Shown piece after piece: positions 10,245-17,931 of a stretch of DNA of 64,000 nt (within the stretch, counting starts at the first letter, position 1; every line of letters starts with the position of its first letter). The notes beneath the pieces are model-generated. The model was not told the DNA's origin, made no database searches, and was given only the letters and a program-made list of their open reading frames with translations. A program made the translations under genes and the position numbers. The stretch spans positions 1,514-65,513 of the forward strand of contig LAKY01000064.1 in assembly GCA_000987045.1 (NCBI GenBank), written 5' to 3'. The stretch is from Clostridiales bacterium PH28_bin88. GTDB taxonomy: Bacteria > Bacillota > PH28-bin88.

Positions 10245-10633
10245 TCATACGTCCAAATGAGCATTCACCGGCATACGCCGGATCTTGATCTTTTGCTCTG
10301 TAATGGAGACTATAGCCCCGTTTTCAAGCTCAGATTCCACCCGGGGTAAAACTCTCATCAACACCTTGGCCACAGCACTTGGTTGGGCATTGGACAGCCG
10401 CAAAGAAACGACACTTGGTCCCGCTGCGCTGGTTAAGGCCAGGAGAGAGGAAAAGTCCAAATCCTGAGTGAGAATGACCATTTTCTGAGGCCGCGCGTAG
10501 TTCATGATTTCCCTGTCCGGAACGGTGGTAGGAAGGACGTCAGATACACGAGAACGCTGTAACCAGCTTCACGCAGAAGACTGCGAGTTACAGGCGATAT
10601 GTGGATGTCAGCCAGATAGCCCGCTTTAGTCAC
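10245..10633 (-). pseudogene. DUF5615 (PIN-like toxin) gene with a frameshift near 10548-10560
   Basis: The N-terminal part (VTKAGYLADIHISPVTRSLLREAGYSV) is in one frame. The C-terminal part (VSDVLPTTVPDREIMNYARPQKMVILTQDLDFSSLLAL...) is in another. The span is 389 nt, not a multiple of 3. The GTG start overlaps the upstream stop (GTGA). Confidence 0.65.
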
Positions 10634-10806
10634 TGGCTGATAGCCTCCTGGGGAAGAGGATGCGTTTGCTCCGCCGCTAGCCATGCCGCGTATGCAAGAC
10701 ACTGGCGGATATCCTCTTCCTCCAACTCCGGATAGGCCTCAACAATGGCAGTATGGTCCATGCCAGACGCCAAAAGCTTCAACACAAAGGATACTGTAAT
10801 ACGCAT
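10630..10806 (-). CDS. DUF433-like antitoxin (short form)
   Basis: Own translation: MRITVSFVLKLLASGMDHTAIVEAYPELEEEDIRQCLAYAAWLAAEQTHPLPQEAISQ. It resembles the DUF433 C-terminal helix-turn-helix. At 58 aa it is below the ORF-track cutoff. Confidence 0.55.
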   Translation of the reverse strand: MRITVSFVLKLLASGMDHTAIVEAYPELEEEDIRQCLAYAAWLAAEQTHPLPQEAISQ

Positions 10807-11023
10807 CCCCCGGATTATAGGCGACGATTTATTAGTTACATTTTATCACTTTTTTCCTTGAGTGCAAGACAATAGAAAATATCTCTAATCACAGAAGTGG
10901 ACTCACGCCAATACACCCATACCGTTCAACCCGCACGGAGTACTGTCAGTTTCCGGCAATTTGGTAAAAAAAACAAGGGATTCCATCCCAATTTGGCTTG
11001 AATCCCTTGACTTGTATGCAATA

Positions 11024-11117
11024 TGGCGGAGAGAGCGGGATTCGAACCCGCGGTGCCGCTCATCACGACACACTCGATTTCGAGTCGAGCGCCTTCAACC
11101 AACTCAGCCATCTCTCC
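11024..11117 (-). tRNA. tRNA-Ser (anticodon CGA)
   Basis: Reverse complement is GGAGAGATGGCTGAGTTGGTTGAAGGCGCTCGACTCGAAATCGAG...GGGTTCGAATCCCGCTCTCTCCGCCA. Confidence 0.9.
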
Positions 11118-11143
11118 GTATTCATTGCCGGCCTTGCCGGTAA

Positions 11144-11680
11144 TTATCCTCTCAGTTCCGCAAAAAACCGCCGGATGATTTCCCGGCATTCTTCTTCCAT
11201 TACCCCCGGGATAACGTGGACCTGGTGGTTGAACCGGGGGAACTGTACCAGATTCATTAAAGAATCCACCGCCCCGGCCTTAGGATCAATGGCTCCATAT
11301 ACCAGGGTGTCCACCCTGGCCTGGACGATGGCCCCCGCACACATGGGACATGGTTCCACGGTAACATACAGGGTTGTTCCCGTAAGACGCCAGGTTTGCA
11401 GCGCCCTGGCAGCCTGTCTGATGGCCAGGACTTCGGCATGAGCCGTTGGGTCGTGGTTGGTTTCCCTCAAGTTGTGAGCCCGGGATACAATCTCACCGTC
11501 TTTAACCATCAAGGCACCGACAGGAACCTCACCCAAGTCGAAGGCCTTTTGGGCTTCTTTCAGGGCCAGCGCCATGTAATAACGGTGGTCCACCCGCCCG
11601 CCCCCATTCGCTCCGGGGTGTTTTATCATCAGATTAGTGGCTCGCGACCGGATTCCAGTCACTGGCCACCTTTCATGCAA
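11144..11680 (-). CDS. tadA: tRNA adenosine(34) deaminase TadA; start uncertain
   Basis: HAEVLAIRQA and PCPMCAGAI zinc-binding motifs. The ORF starts at a TTG immediately after tRNA-Arg, so the true start may be internal. Confidence 0.9.
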   Translation of the reverse strand: MHERWPVTGIRSRATNLMIKHPGANGGGRVDHRYYMALALKEAQKAFDLGEVPVGALMVKDGEIVSRAHNLRETNHDPTAHAEVLAIRQAARALQTWRLTGTTLYVTVEPCPMCAGAIVQARVDTLVYGAIDPKAGAVDSLMNLVQFPRFNHQVHVIPGVMEEECREIIRRFFAELRG

Positions 11681-11682
11681 AA

Positions 11683-11759
11683 TGGTGCGCCCGGAGGGAC
11701 TCGAACCCCCGACACGCGGTTTAGGAAACCGCTGCTCTGTCCTCCTGAGCTACGGGCAC
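11683..11759 (-). tRNA. tRNA-Arg (anticodon CCT)
   Basis: Reverse complement is GTGCCCGTAGCTCAGGAGGACAGAGCAGCGGTTTCCTAAACCGCGTGTCGGGGGTTCGAGTCCCTCCGGGCGCACCA. Confidence 0.9.
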
Positions 11760-11855
11760 ATGCGCATTAATGACTAGTTGCTAGTTCTTCCGGGTATTCC
11801 TCTCAGATCCCTTCCTCTAGTCACCAGTCACTAATCACTAGTCACCTAGGTTAAA

Positions 11856-11932
11856 TGGTGCGCCCGGAGGGACTCGAACCCCCAACCCCTTGATCCGTAG
11901 TCAAGTGCTCTATCCAATTAAGCTACGGGCGC
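11856..11932 (-). tRNA. tRNA-Arg (anticodon ACG)
   Basis: Reverse complement is GCGCCCGTAGCTTAATTGGATAGAGCACTTGACTACGGATCAAGGGGTTGGGGGTTCGAGTCCCTCCGGGCGCACCA. Confidence 0.9.
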
Positions 11933-11939
11933 ATATTAA

Positions 11940-12034
11940 TGGCGGAGAGAGCGGGATTCGAACCCGCGATACGGGTTTTAGCCCGTATAATCGCTTAGCA
12001 GGCGACCGCCTTCGACCTTCTCGGCCATCTCTCC
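11940..12034 (-). tRNA. tRNA-Ser (anticodon GCT)
   Basis: Reverse complement is GGAGAGATGGCCGAGAAGGTCGAAGGCGGTCGCCTGCTAAGCGAT...GGGTTCGAATCCCGCTCTCTCCGCCA. Long variable arm. Confidence 0.9.
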
Positions 12035-12085
12035 GCGGTTCGATTGACCCGGCCACAGGGCTACCTGTCGCCAAGCGCATATTAA

Positions 12086-12114
12086 ATTATACAACAGCCC
12101 GGTCCAAAAATCAA
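12086..12114 (-). promoter_or_regulatory. Candidate sigma-A promoter TTGATT-17-TATAAT for the tRNA/tadA cluster
   Basis: Minus strand reads TTGATT tttggaccgggctgttg TATAAT, about 50 nt upstream of tRNA-Ser(GCT). Confidence 0.55.
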
Positions 12115-12253
12115 ATTATTAATTTTCCCATTTCCCCACGCAATGGGCTCCCTGTACCCCACCCGGCGGGGAGAATGGACAACTGTGAGTATACCATACA
12201 GCGCAAAAAAGTCAAGAAAACCCGGCCTGAGACAGCTCGAGATTCTGGCCTAG

Positions 12254-12365
12254 CCGTAAATTTGGACCTGACAACTACCGGCTGCCCGAATGTCAATCGT
12301 ATAAGCTAATACAGGTAAATCGAGGAAGGAGATGTGCAATGGTCAGGAAACATTTACCATCTTGT
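12254..12365 (+). repeat. Direct repeat copy A: duplicated leader, RBS and first ~9 codons of the LysM gene
   Basis: Aligns with 17181..17305 (ccgtaaatttggacctgacaactacc…ataagctaatacaggtaaatc…ggaaggagatgt..aatggt.aggaaac.tttacc). Roughly 85% identity with a 12-nt gap. Encodes only MVRKHLPSC... before diverging. Confidence 0.8.
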
Positions 12366-12713
12366 GCCGTCCTTCATGTCGATAGGAATAAAGGCCGGTA
12401 TGGCAACGGCGCGGAAACCGTTGTCTTCTAAATAGCGCACAATTTGATGGGATGGCATGGCCACCGCATCATAACTGTAAATAGTATCGTACTGGGCAAC
12501 CTGAATATTTCCTGGGGCCAGGGCGCTATAGCTCTGTCTTACCGCAAGCGAGACGGCGCTGCGCCAGTCCGGAAGGATGGTGGAATCAATGGCCACATGC
12601 CGCGCGGCCAAAGATTCCCGGGTCGCTACACCGGCTAAGTCCGCGCCAAACTCCAGGGCTTTTTTTATAATGTCCGTAATTGACCATCTCCCTTTCATTA
12701 TCGTATCCATCAT
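12354..12713 (-). pseudogene. Truncated gene of unknown function; N-terminal part loosely resembles QueG/RdhA-type reductase N-domains
   Basis: 119-aa ORF. Its last codons and stop lie inside repeat copy A on the opposite strand, so the native C-terminus appears replaced at a recombination junction. Confidence 0.4.
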
Positions 12714-12731
12714 ATTCCTAAAAACGGGCCA

Positions 12732-13670
12732 CTAATTGCCGATAGAGACTTTAAGTCCCGTTTCCTCAATAACCCTTTGAAGCCTTTTCATTTTTTCCTC
12801 GCCCGGAGTCACCAGCCCGGGCAATGGATACACTCTCCCCATTTGTCCGCACTTGGATTTACCCCCTTCGTGATAGGGGAGGAGGGAAACTTTTTCCACG
12901 TTATGGCTCTTCCCCAGCAAGGCAATATTTTTTATATGTTCCCGGTCATCGTTGAAACCAGGAATTACTGGTATTCTCAGCCATACCTTGGCCAGTGCGC
13001 ACGTTTTTTTGAAATTTTCCATGATTAAATAATTGTCTACGCCGGTTTTCCTTTTGTGTTCAGCGGGGTCCAGGTGTTTGATGTCAAAGAGGACCAGGTC
13101 GACCAATGGCAACACCTCTTCCATTCCAGCCCAAGGGGCGTGTCCCGATGTGTCCAGGGCGGTATGTAATTCCTCTTTCCGGCACAGCTCCAGCAGGCCA
13201 GCCACAAATTGGCTCTGGTACAGGGGTTCGCCCCCGGATACAGTAACTCCACCCCCTGAATTTTTGTAGAAGACCTTATCCTTGATCACTTCACTGAAAA
13301 CATCGTGCAATTTCATATACTGGCCACAAACACTCAGCGATTGATAAATACAGGTATCCACACACTGCAGGCACTGGTCGCACCTGGCCCAGTCTATTTC
13401 CCTGCCCTTTTCCGCAGTGACGGCGATTGCCCCCCGCGGGCAGACGCCGTCACACCGGCCACACCCTCTGCAGTTGATCTCCCTCACCATCAGATTTGGG
13501 AAAAAATGCTGGGACTCCGGGTTGGAGCACCATTGGCAGCGCAAAGGACAGCCCTTCATAAATACCGTAGTTCTGATGCCCGGCCCGTCGTGAATACTGA
13601 ACCGCTGGATATTGAAAATCAATCCCTCGCCCTTGTTTTTGCCTCTCGGTGATTCAATTGGCTTCATCAT
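12732..13670 (-). CDS. Glycyl-radical enzyme activating protein (radical SAM)
   Basis: 312 aa. CPLRCQWCSNPES (CxxxCxxC) plus two ferredoxin-like Cys clusters (CRGCGRCDGVCP, CDQCLQCVDTC). Directly downstream of the glycyl radical enzyme. Confidence 0.9.
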   Translation of the reverse strand: MMKPIESPRGKNKGEGLIFNIQRFSIHDGPGIRTTVFMKGCPLRCQWCSNPESQHFFPNLMVREINCRGCGRCDGVCPRGAIAVTAEKGREIDWARCDQCLQCVDTCIYQSLSVCGQYMKLHDVFSEVIKDKVFYKNSGGGVTVSGGEPLYQSQFVAGLLELCRKEELHTALDTSGHAPWAGMEEVLPLVDLVLFDIKHLDPAEHKRKTGVDNYLIMENFKKTCALAKVWLRIPVIPGFNDDREHIKNIALLGKSHNVEKVSLLPYHEGGKSKCGQMGRVYPLPGLVTPGEEKMKRLQRVIEETGLKVSIGN

Positions 13671-13747
13671 ATCACTCTCTATGTGTGTAGTTTATTTACC
13701 GGAGAAACGAAGTGCTTCGCAGGTGGCGCCTGTACACGCCCACTGAT

Positions 13748-16162
13748 TCAGGAAAAACTCTGTTCCGTCCGGGCAATGATATGGTCCTGCAGGCCCCTGG
13801 TCAGATCGACGAAGTAAGCGCTGTAGCCGGCCACCCTGACTATCAGGTCCCTATATTGTTCCGGTAGTTGTTGGGCGTCGATAAGGGTTTCTCTGTCCAC
13901 AATATTGAACTGGATGTGGGGGATCTTCATCTCTCTCCAGGTTTTGAGGTAATTGATGAAGACATGTTTCATTTCTCCTTCCAGGAGCTGGGGAGGGAAC
14001 TTCTGGTTCAAAAGGTGGTTGTACGTCTTTAAGGTGTCGATCTTGGCGCAGGAATTGAGAACCGCCGTGGGCCCCTTTTTGTCCATGCCCGGCTGCGGGG
14101 CCAGGGTGGAATCGGCGAAGGGCCCCCCGTCCAGCCTGCCGTCCGGCGTGGCCGGGGTGTCCGCCGACAGCCCGTAGGTGGCCGAAACGGCGCTGCCGTC
14201 GCCCCGCATGGAATAACCGAAGCGGTCCCGCACCGTTTCCATGGCGGCCTCGGTGCGGTGGTGTACCTCCCGGGCGATCAGGTCGGCGTAGTCGTCGTCG
14301 TTTCCGTACTTGGGGGCGTTGAGGCAGGCCTGCCGGAGGTCTTCCCGCCCCTCCCAGTTGCGATCCATGACCGCGATCAGCTCCGGCAGGGTGACCAGCC
14401 GGTCCTCGAAGACCACCTTCCGGATGGCCGCCAGGGAGTCGGCCACGTTGGTTGCCCCGATGACGATGATAAAGTCATGGACCATGGAGGGGTAGGACCA
14501 CTGCTTGCATTCCTGGCCCCGCTCGATGCAGCCTTCCACGATAGCCGAGTAGAAGGGCCTGGGGCAGTACCTGGCGTAGAGGTCCCGGCAGGTGTTTTCC
14601 ACTTGGGCGATTTTGCCGGTGAAGAATTTTACCTGCTCCAGGTAGGCCTCCAGCACGTCCTCCCAGGACTTGAAGGCTGCCGGGTCGGCAGTTTCGGCCC
14701 CCCACTGCTCCCCGGTTTTGGGGTTCACCCCCCGGTGCAGGGCCCACCACAGGCACTTGGGCAAGGCAAAATAGCCCACCACCCTGCGGGTTATGTTCTT
14801 GCCCGGGATGTCCATGTAAACACAGCCCGAAACGGCGTAGCCCCTAGCCTCCTCCGGGGGAACACCCCACTTTTCCAGAAGCGGGATTAAGGCCTGGTCA
14901 TTGAACAGTGAGGGGTAGCCGACGCCGGTCTTGATTACCTCTACTGCCTTGTAAATCAATTCGTCCGGAGTACCGTCGTGGACCCTCAGGGCCAGGCTGG
15001 GCTCGATGGTCCTCATTTCCTGGGCCGCCTCCAGCACCAGGTAGGTCAGCTGGTTGGTGACGTCCCGGCCCCCGGGGTCGGTGCCTCCCAGGGTGACCGC
15101 CTGGAGGGAGGCCACTCCCCCGTAAACCGAGGTCAGCAGGGGCGAGTAGACCAGCCCCAATTCCATCAGCTTGACCCAGAGGAGTTGAAGAATTTCCCTG
15201 GCCTCGTCCCGGGTAAGCCTCCCCTCCCTGATATCCCTTTCGTAGTACGGCCCCAGCAGGTAGTCGAAGCGGATGCCGATGCCCAGGGTGGAGTATTCCA
15301 GGTAGCGGACCAGGTGGATGAAATAAAAGAACTGTACTGCTTCCAGGAAGGTGCGCGGGGGATTGGCGGGAACCCACGCGCAGGTGCGGGAAATCTCCTC
15401 CAGCCGGGCTTTCCGTTCCACGTCCTGCTCGGATTTGGCCATTTCTCCGGCCAGCGCCGCGTACCGGCCGGCAAAATTGATCACCGCCTTTAAAACAATG
15501 ATCACTGCTTGCAGGAACTCTTTCTGGTCAATATAATCCGGGGGAACGGTACGGTCTATTTCTACCAGCCTTTCTTCCGCCAGCCTGATCTTGCCGTTGA
15601 GTCCGGTCTTGAACAACGTTTCGTAATCCGGTATCCCCAGTTCGGACCAGTGTGACCAAAGGAAAGTGCCCTCGTACTTCCAGTACCTGGCCAGGTCACC
15701 GCTGAAAAACTCCTGGTGCCGGTCGCTCATGCTTTTTCCCTGCCAGTAGGCACAGAGATCGTCAAGCTCCCTTTTGCCCTCGTCGTCCAGAAGGGTTTTG
15801 CCCGCTTCGCTGTTGACCAGCCTTTTTACCGACCTCCAGTTCATGTCGATGGGGTGGTAAAGCCCTTCCGGGCTAGAAGTTTGGTACCCGACGATGCGCT
15901 CCCAGTCCTGGATAAAGATATCCATGTGGTTGAGAACATGCGCCAGTGCTTTGGCCCGGCGCAGTACCATGGCCTGGCCGTCCGTTTCTTTAAATGACTG
16001 GGTCATTAAGCGGGAACGCTGCAGGTCCAGCTTGATCTCCGGGCGAAACATGCCGCGGGAGATTTCATCGCTGGTATACCCTCGCTGAACGTTTCGCACC
16101 GCCTTCACTACAAGTTTACTTTTCAAGTTGTTAGTCAATTGCAAACCAACATCCTCCTTCAC
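13748..16162 (-). CDS. Glycyl radical enzyme (PFL-like fold), substrate unknown
   Basis: 804 aa. C-terminal glycyl radical motif IVRVAGYSAYFVDL (Gly779). The Cys loop reads VSGCVYMDIPG (Cys447). Confidence 0.9.
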   Translation of the reverse strand: MKEDVGLQLTNNLKSKLVVKAVRNVQRGYTSDEISRGMFRPEIKLDLQRSRLMTQSFKETDGQAMVLRRAKALAHVLNHMDIFIQDWERIVGYQTSSPEGLYHPIDMNWRSVKRLVNSEAGKTLLDDEGKRELDDLCAYWQGKSMSDRHQEFFSGDLARYWKYEGTFLWSHWSELGIPDYETLFKTGLNGKIRLAEERLVEIDRTVPPDYIDQKEFLQAVIIVLKAVINFAGRYAALAGEMAKSEQDVERKARLEEISRTCAWVPANPPRTFLEAVQFFYFIHLVRYLEYSTLGIGIRFDYLLGPYYERDIREGRLTRDEAREILQLLWVKLMELGLVYSPLLTSVYGGVASLQAVTLGGTDPGGRDVTNQLTYLVLEAAQEMRTIEPSLALRVHDGTPDELIYKAVEVIKTGVGYPSLFNDQALIPLLEKWGVPPEEARGYAVSGCVYMDIPGKNITRRVVGYFALPKCLWWALHRGVNPKTGEQWGAETADPAAFKSWEDVLEAYLEQVKFFTGKIAQVENTCRDLYARYCPRPFYSAIVEGCIERGQECKQWSYPSMVHDFIIVIGATNVADSLAAIRKVVFEDRLVTLPELIAVMDRNWEGREDLRQACLNAPKYGNDDDYADLIAREVHHRTEAAMETVRDRFGYSMRGDGSAVSATYGLSADTPATPDGRLDGGPFADSTLAPQPGMDKKGPTAVLNSCAKIDTLKTYNHLLNQKFPPQLLEGEMKHVFINYLKTWREMKIPHIQFNIVDRETLIDAQQLPEQYRDLIVRVAGYSAYFVDLTRGLQDHIIARTEQSFS

Positions 16163-16172
16163 TCAAAAGATA

Positions 16173-16224
16173 ATAACACTTTGTTATACAACATTTCGTT
16201 GTTTAGAACATAACATAATGTTAT
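16173..16224. promoter_or_regulatory. Two 15-bp palindromes ATAACA-N3-TGTTAT (16173..16187 and 16210..16224) upstream of the GRE gene
   Basis: ataacaCTTtgttat and ataacaTAAtgttat, centres 37 bp apart, lying 11-62 nt upstream of the GRE start codon. Confidence 0.5.
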
Positions 16225-16348
16225 CAGCAAGTCAAGTACCATTTATCGTTTTTCCTTTGTCCAATAATGACAAAAAAGCCCCTGATGCGCTGGAGAGCTA
16301 TACCAAGGGCTTTGTCAACTGTGTTAGTATAAATTGGATTGTAAAAGT

Positions 16349-16639
16349 CTACACCTGGCTGGCGATGATCATCTTCTGTATCTGGCTGGTCCCCTCCACT
16401 ATTCTCAATGTCTGGGCGTCCCGGTGAAATTTATCCATTAAGGAGGGGCGGATGCAGTTCTCTTCGGCTATTATTTTTAATAGTCCCCCGTCTATTGGCC
16501 CCGGGTCTTTCCCATCTAACTGGAGGGAGTATGGTTGCAATTTTTTTCTGGCCAGACTGTGCAGCTTGCGCTGCAGGCCGATTTGCTCCGGCGTCAGTTC
16601 GAACGAGATCACTTGCTCCCCTCCCCGTTTTTTTGCCAT
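16349..16639 (-). pseudogene. Acyl-CoA dehydrogenase remnant with a large internal deletion
   Basis: The 96-aa ORF joins an ACAD-like N-terminus (FELTPEQIGLQRKLHSLARKKL) directly to an ACAD-like C-terminus (RDAQTLRIVEGTSQIQKMIIASQV). Intact ACADs are about 380 aa. Confidence 0.6.
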
Positions 16640-16968
16640 TTTATATAATCCAGTACCGATTTCCTTTGCAGGGGCTTCAGATCCCGTGCCAAGTAAAGAA
16701 TTTCCTTTAAGTATGGTTCTTTCAATATATTGTTCAAGTCGTCATCTGCCAGCCGATCTTCATCCGCATTCTCCAGGAAATATGTTATAGGCTTGCCGAG
16801 GATTTCTCCTATACGCTGAAGATCGGCCAGATAGAGCCTGCGCTTGCCCAGTTCGTAGTTGGACAGCGAAGCCTGGGTGCAGCCCAATATTCGCGCCAGC
16901 TCCTCCTGGCTCAAGCCTGCTTCTTCCCTTGCCTTTTGCAGTTTCCATCCGATCTCTTTGTAACCCAT
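16609..16968 (-). CDS. XRE-family helix-turn-helix transcriptional regulator
   Basis: 119 aa. KLQKAREEAGLSQEELARILGCTQASLSNYELGKR is a classic Cro/C1 HTH. Confidence 0.8.
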   Translation of the reverse strand: MGYKEIGWKLQKAREEAGLSQEELARILGCTQASLSNYELGKRRLYLADLQRIGEILGKPITYFLENADEDRLADDDLNNILKEPYLKEILYLARDLKPLQRKSVLDYIKWQKNGEGSK

Positions 16969-17180
16969 CTACACACACCTTTTTATACTATCTTTTCCAT
17001 CATTTATGCGGGAAGCCTCGTAAATATATGATCCGATGACCCATATACTTGTAAAATTAGTTTTGTCTCGTTTTTTTGATTGCTTTTGATACAAAAAATA
17101 GTATTACTATTATAGCATATAATCCACACAAGTCTAACAAACATAAAGTTCTTTCTGAAGACCTGATAGTCCAACCTTAC

Positions 17181-17305
17181 CCGTAAATTTGGACCTGACA
17201 ACTACCTGCTGCCCTGAATGGCATTTAATGGTTAAGTCGCATAAGCTAATACAGGTAAATCACGGAAGGAGATGTAAAATGGTTAGGAAACGTTTACCGC
17301 CTTGC
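17181..17305 (+). repeat. Direct repeat copy B (native leader and 5' end of the LysM gene)
   Basis: Aligns with 12254..12365. Contains a CATAagcTA box (17240..17248) that resembles a mother-cell sigma-K/E type -10 element; this match is weak. Confidence 0.8.
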
Positions 17306-17458
17306 CCTTCAGGAGTATATTGGGAGGTCGCTCCCGGCGATACCTTGTTCAATATCGCCCAGCGAGCAGGCACTACCGTACAGCGGTTGATGCGGCTGAA
17401 CCCGTGGATCAATCCCCGCAATTTACAAATTGGCCAACAGATCTGCCTGCCACGGTAA
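17279..17458 (+). CDS. Small LysM-domain protein
   Basis: ATG at 17279 preceded by GGAAGGAGA. MVRKRLPPCPSGVYWEVAPGDTLFNIAQRAGTTVQRLMRLNPWINPRNLQIGQQICLPR is a single LysM fold. Confidence 0.75.
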   Translation: MVRKRLPPCPSGVYWEVAPGDTLFNIAQRAGTTVQRLMRLNPWINPRNLQIGQQICLPR

Positions 17459-17644
17459 ACGACGGTACCCGTGGCCGGGAACCAGGACATCATTATTCGG
17501 AACAGGTAGGAAGGCTCGGCCCGAATTAGCGGAATACAAATATTTGGCCTGTCAAAAAGCGGCGTAAAATGTTGAAATGTTTCCTCAAAAAAATTTTGAT
17601 TCGACAGGAATATCTTGCACCGTGTCGAAGTGAAAAAATAATCC

Positions 17645-17745
17645 ACATAACGGGCAAACCCGCCGAAAGGCGGGGGCGCAAAGCCATGGGTCTACAGCCA
17701 TTCAGGCCACGATTGCCAGGTTGCCGGTATCAGCCGTTTTTGGAC
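17645..17745 (+). promoter_or_regulatory. Cyclic-di-GMP-I (GEMM-I) riboswitch aptamer; ends approximate
   Basis: GGGCAAACCCGCCGAAAGGCGGGGGCGCAAAGCCATGGGTCTACAGCC... matches the GGCAAACC-[GAAA hairpin]-GG.CGCAAAGCC..GGGTCTA core of GEMM-I. Confidence 0.8.
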
Positions 17746-17751
17746 CAATGC

Positions 17752-17779
17752 AGCCCCGGTTAACCGGGGCTTTACTTTT
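17752..17779 (+). terminator. Intrinsic terminator (riboswitch expression platform)
   Basis: AGCCCCGG-ttaa-CCGGGGCT followed by ttactttt, directly after the aptamer and 150 nt before the MCP start. Confidence 0.65.
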
Positions 17780-17931
17780 GAACTTGGTAAGGAGAATGAA
17801 CTGTAGATACTGCAAAGAAAGGAGAGATACGCCCAGGCAACCGCCCGTCAATTCCCGGGACGAAGCCAAGCTCCGAAGTACACATTTTTTTAGGTTTACG
17901 GAAAGATCTTAACCAGGAGGGAGCTGAAGCC

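Noticed and set aside
17240-17248. The CATAagcTA box in the LysM leader as a sigma-K/sigma-E type sporulation promoter.
   Set aside because: Only the -10-like element matches, and I could not find a convincing -35 element at the right spacing. The box is recorded in the feature evidence but not called as a promoter.
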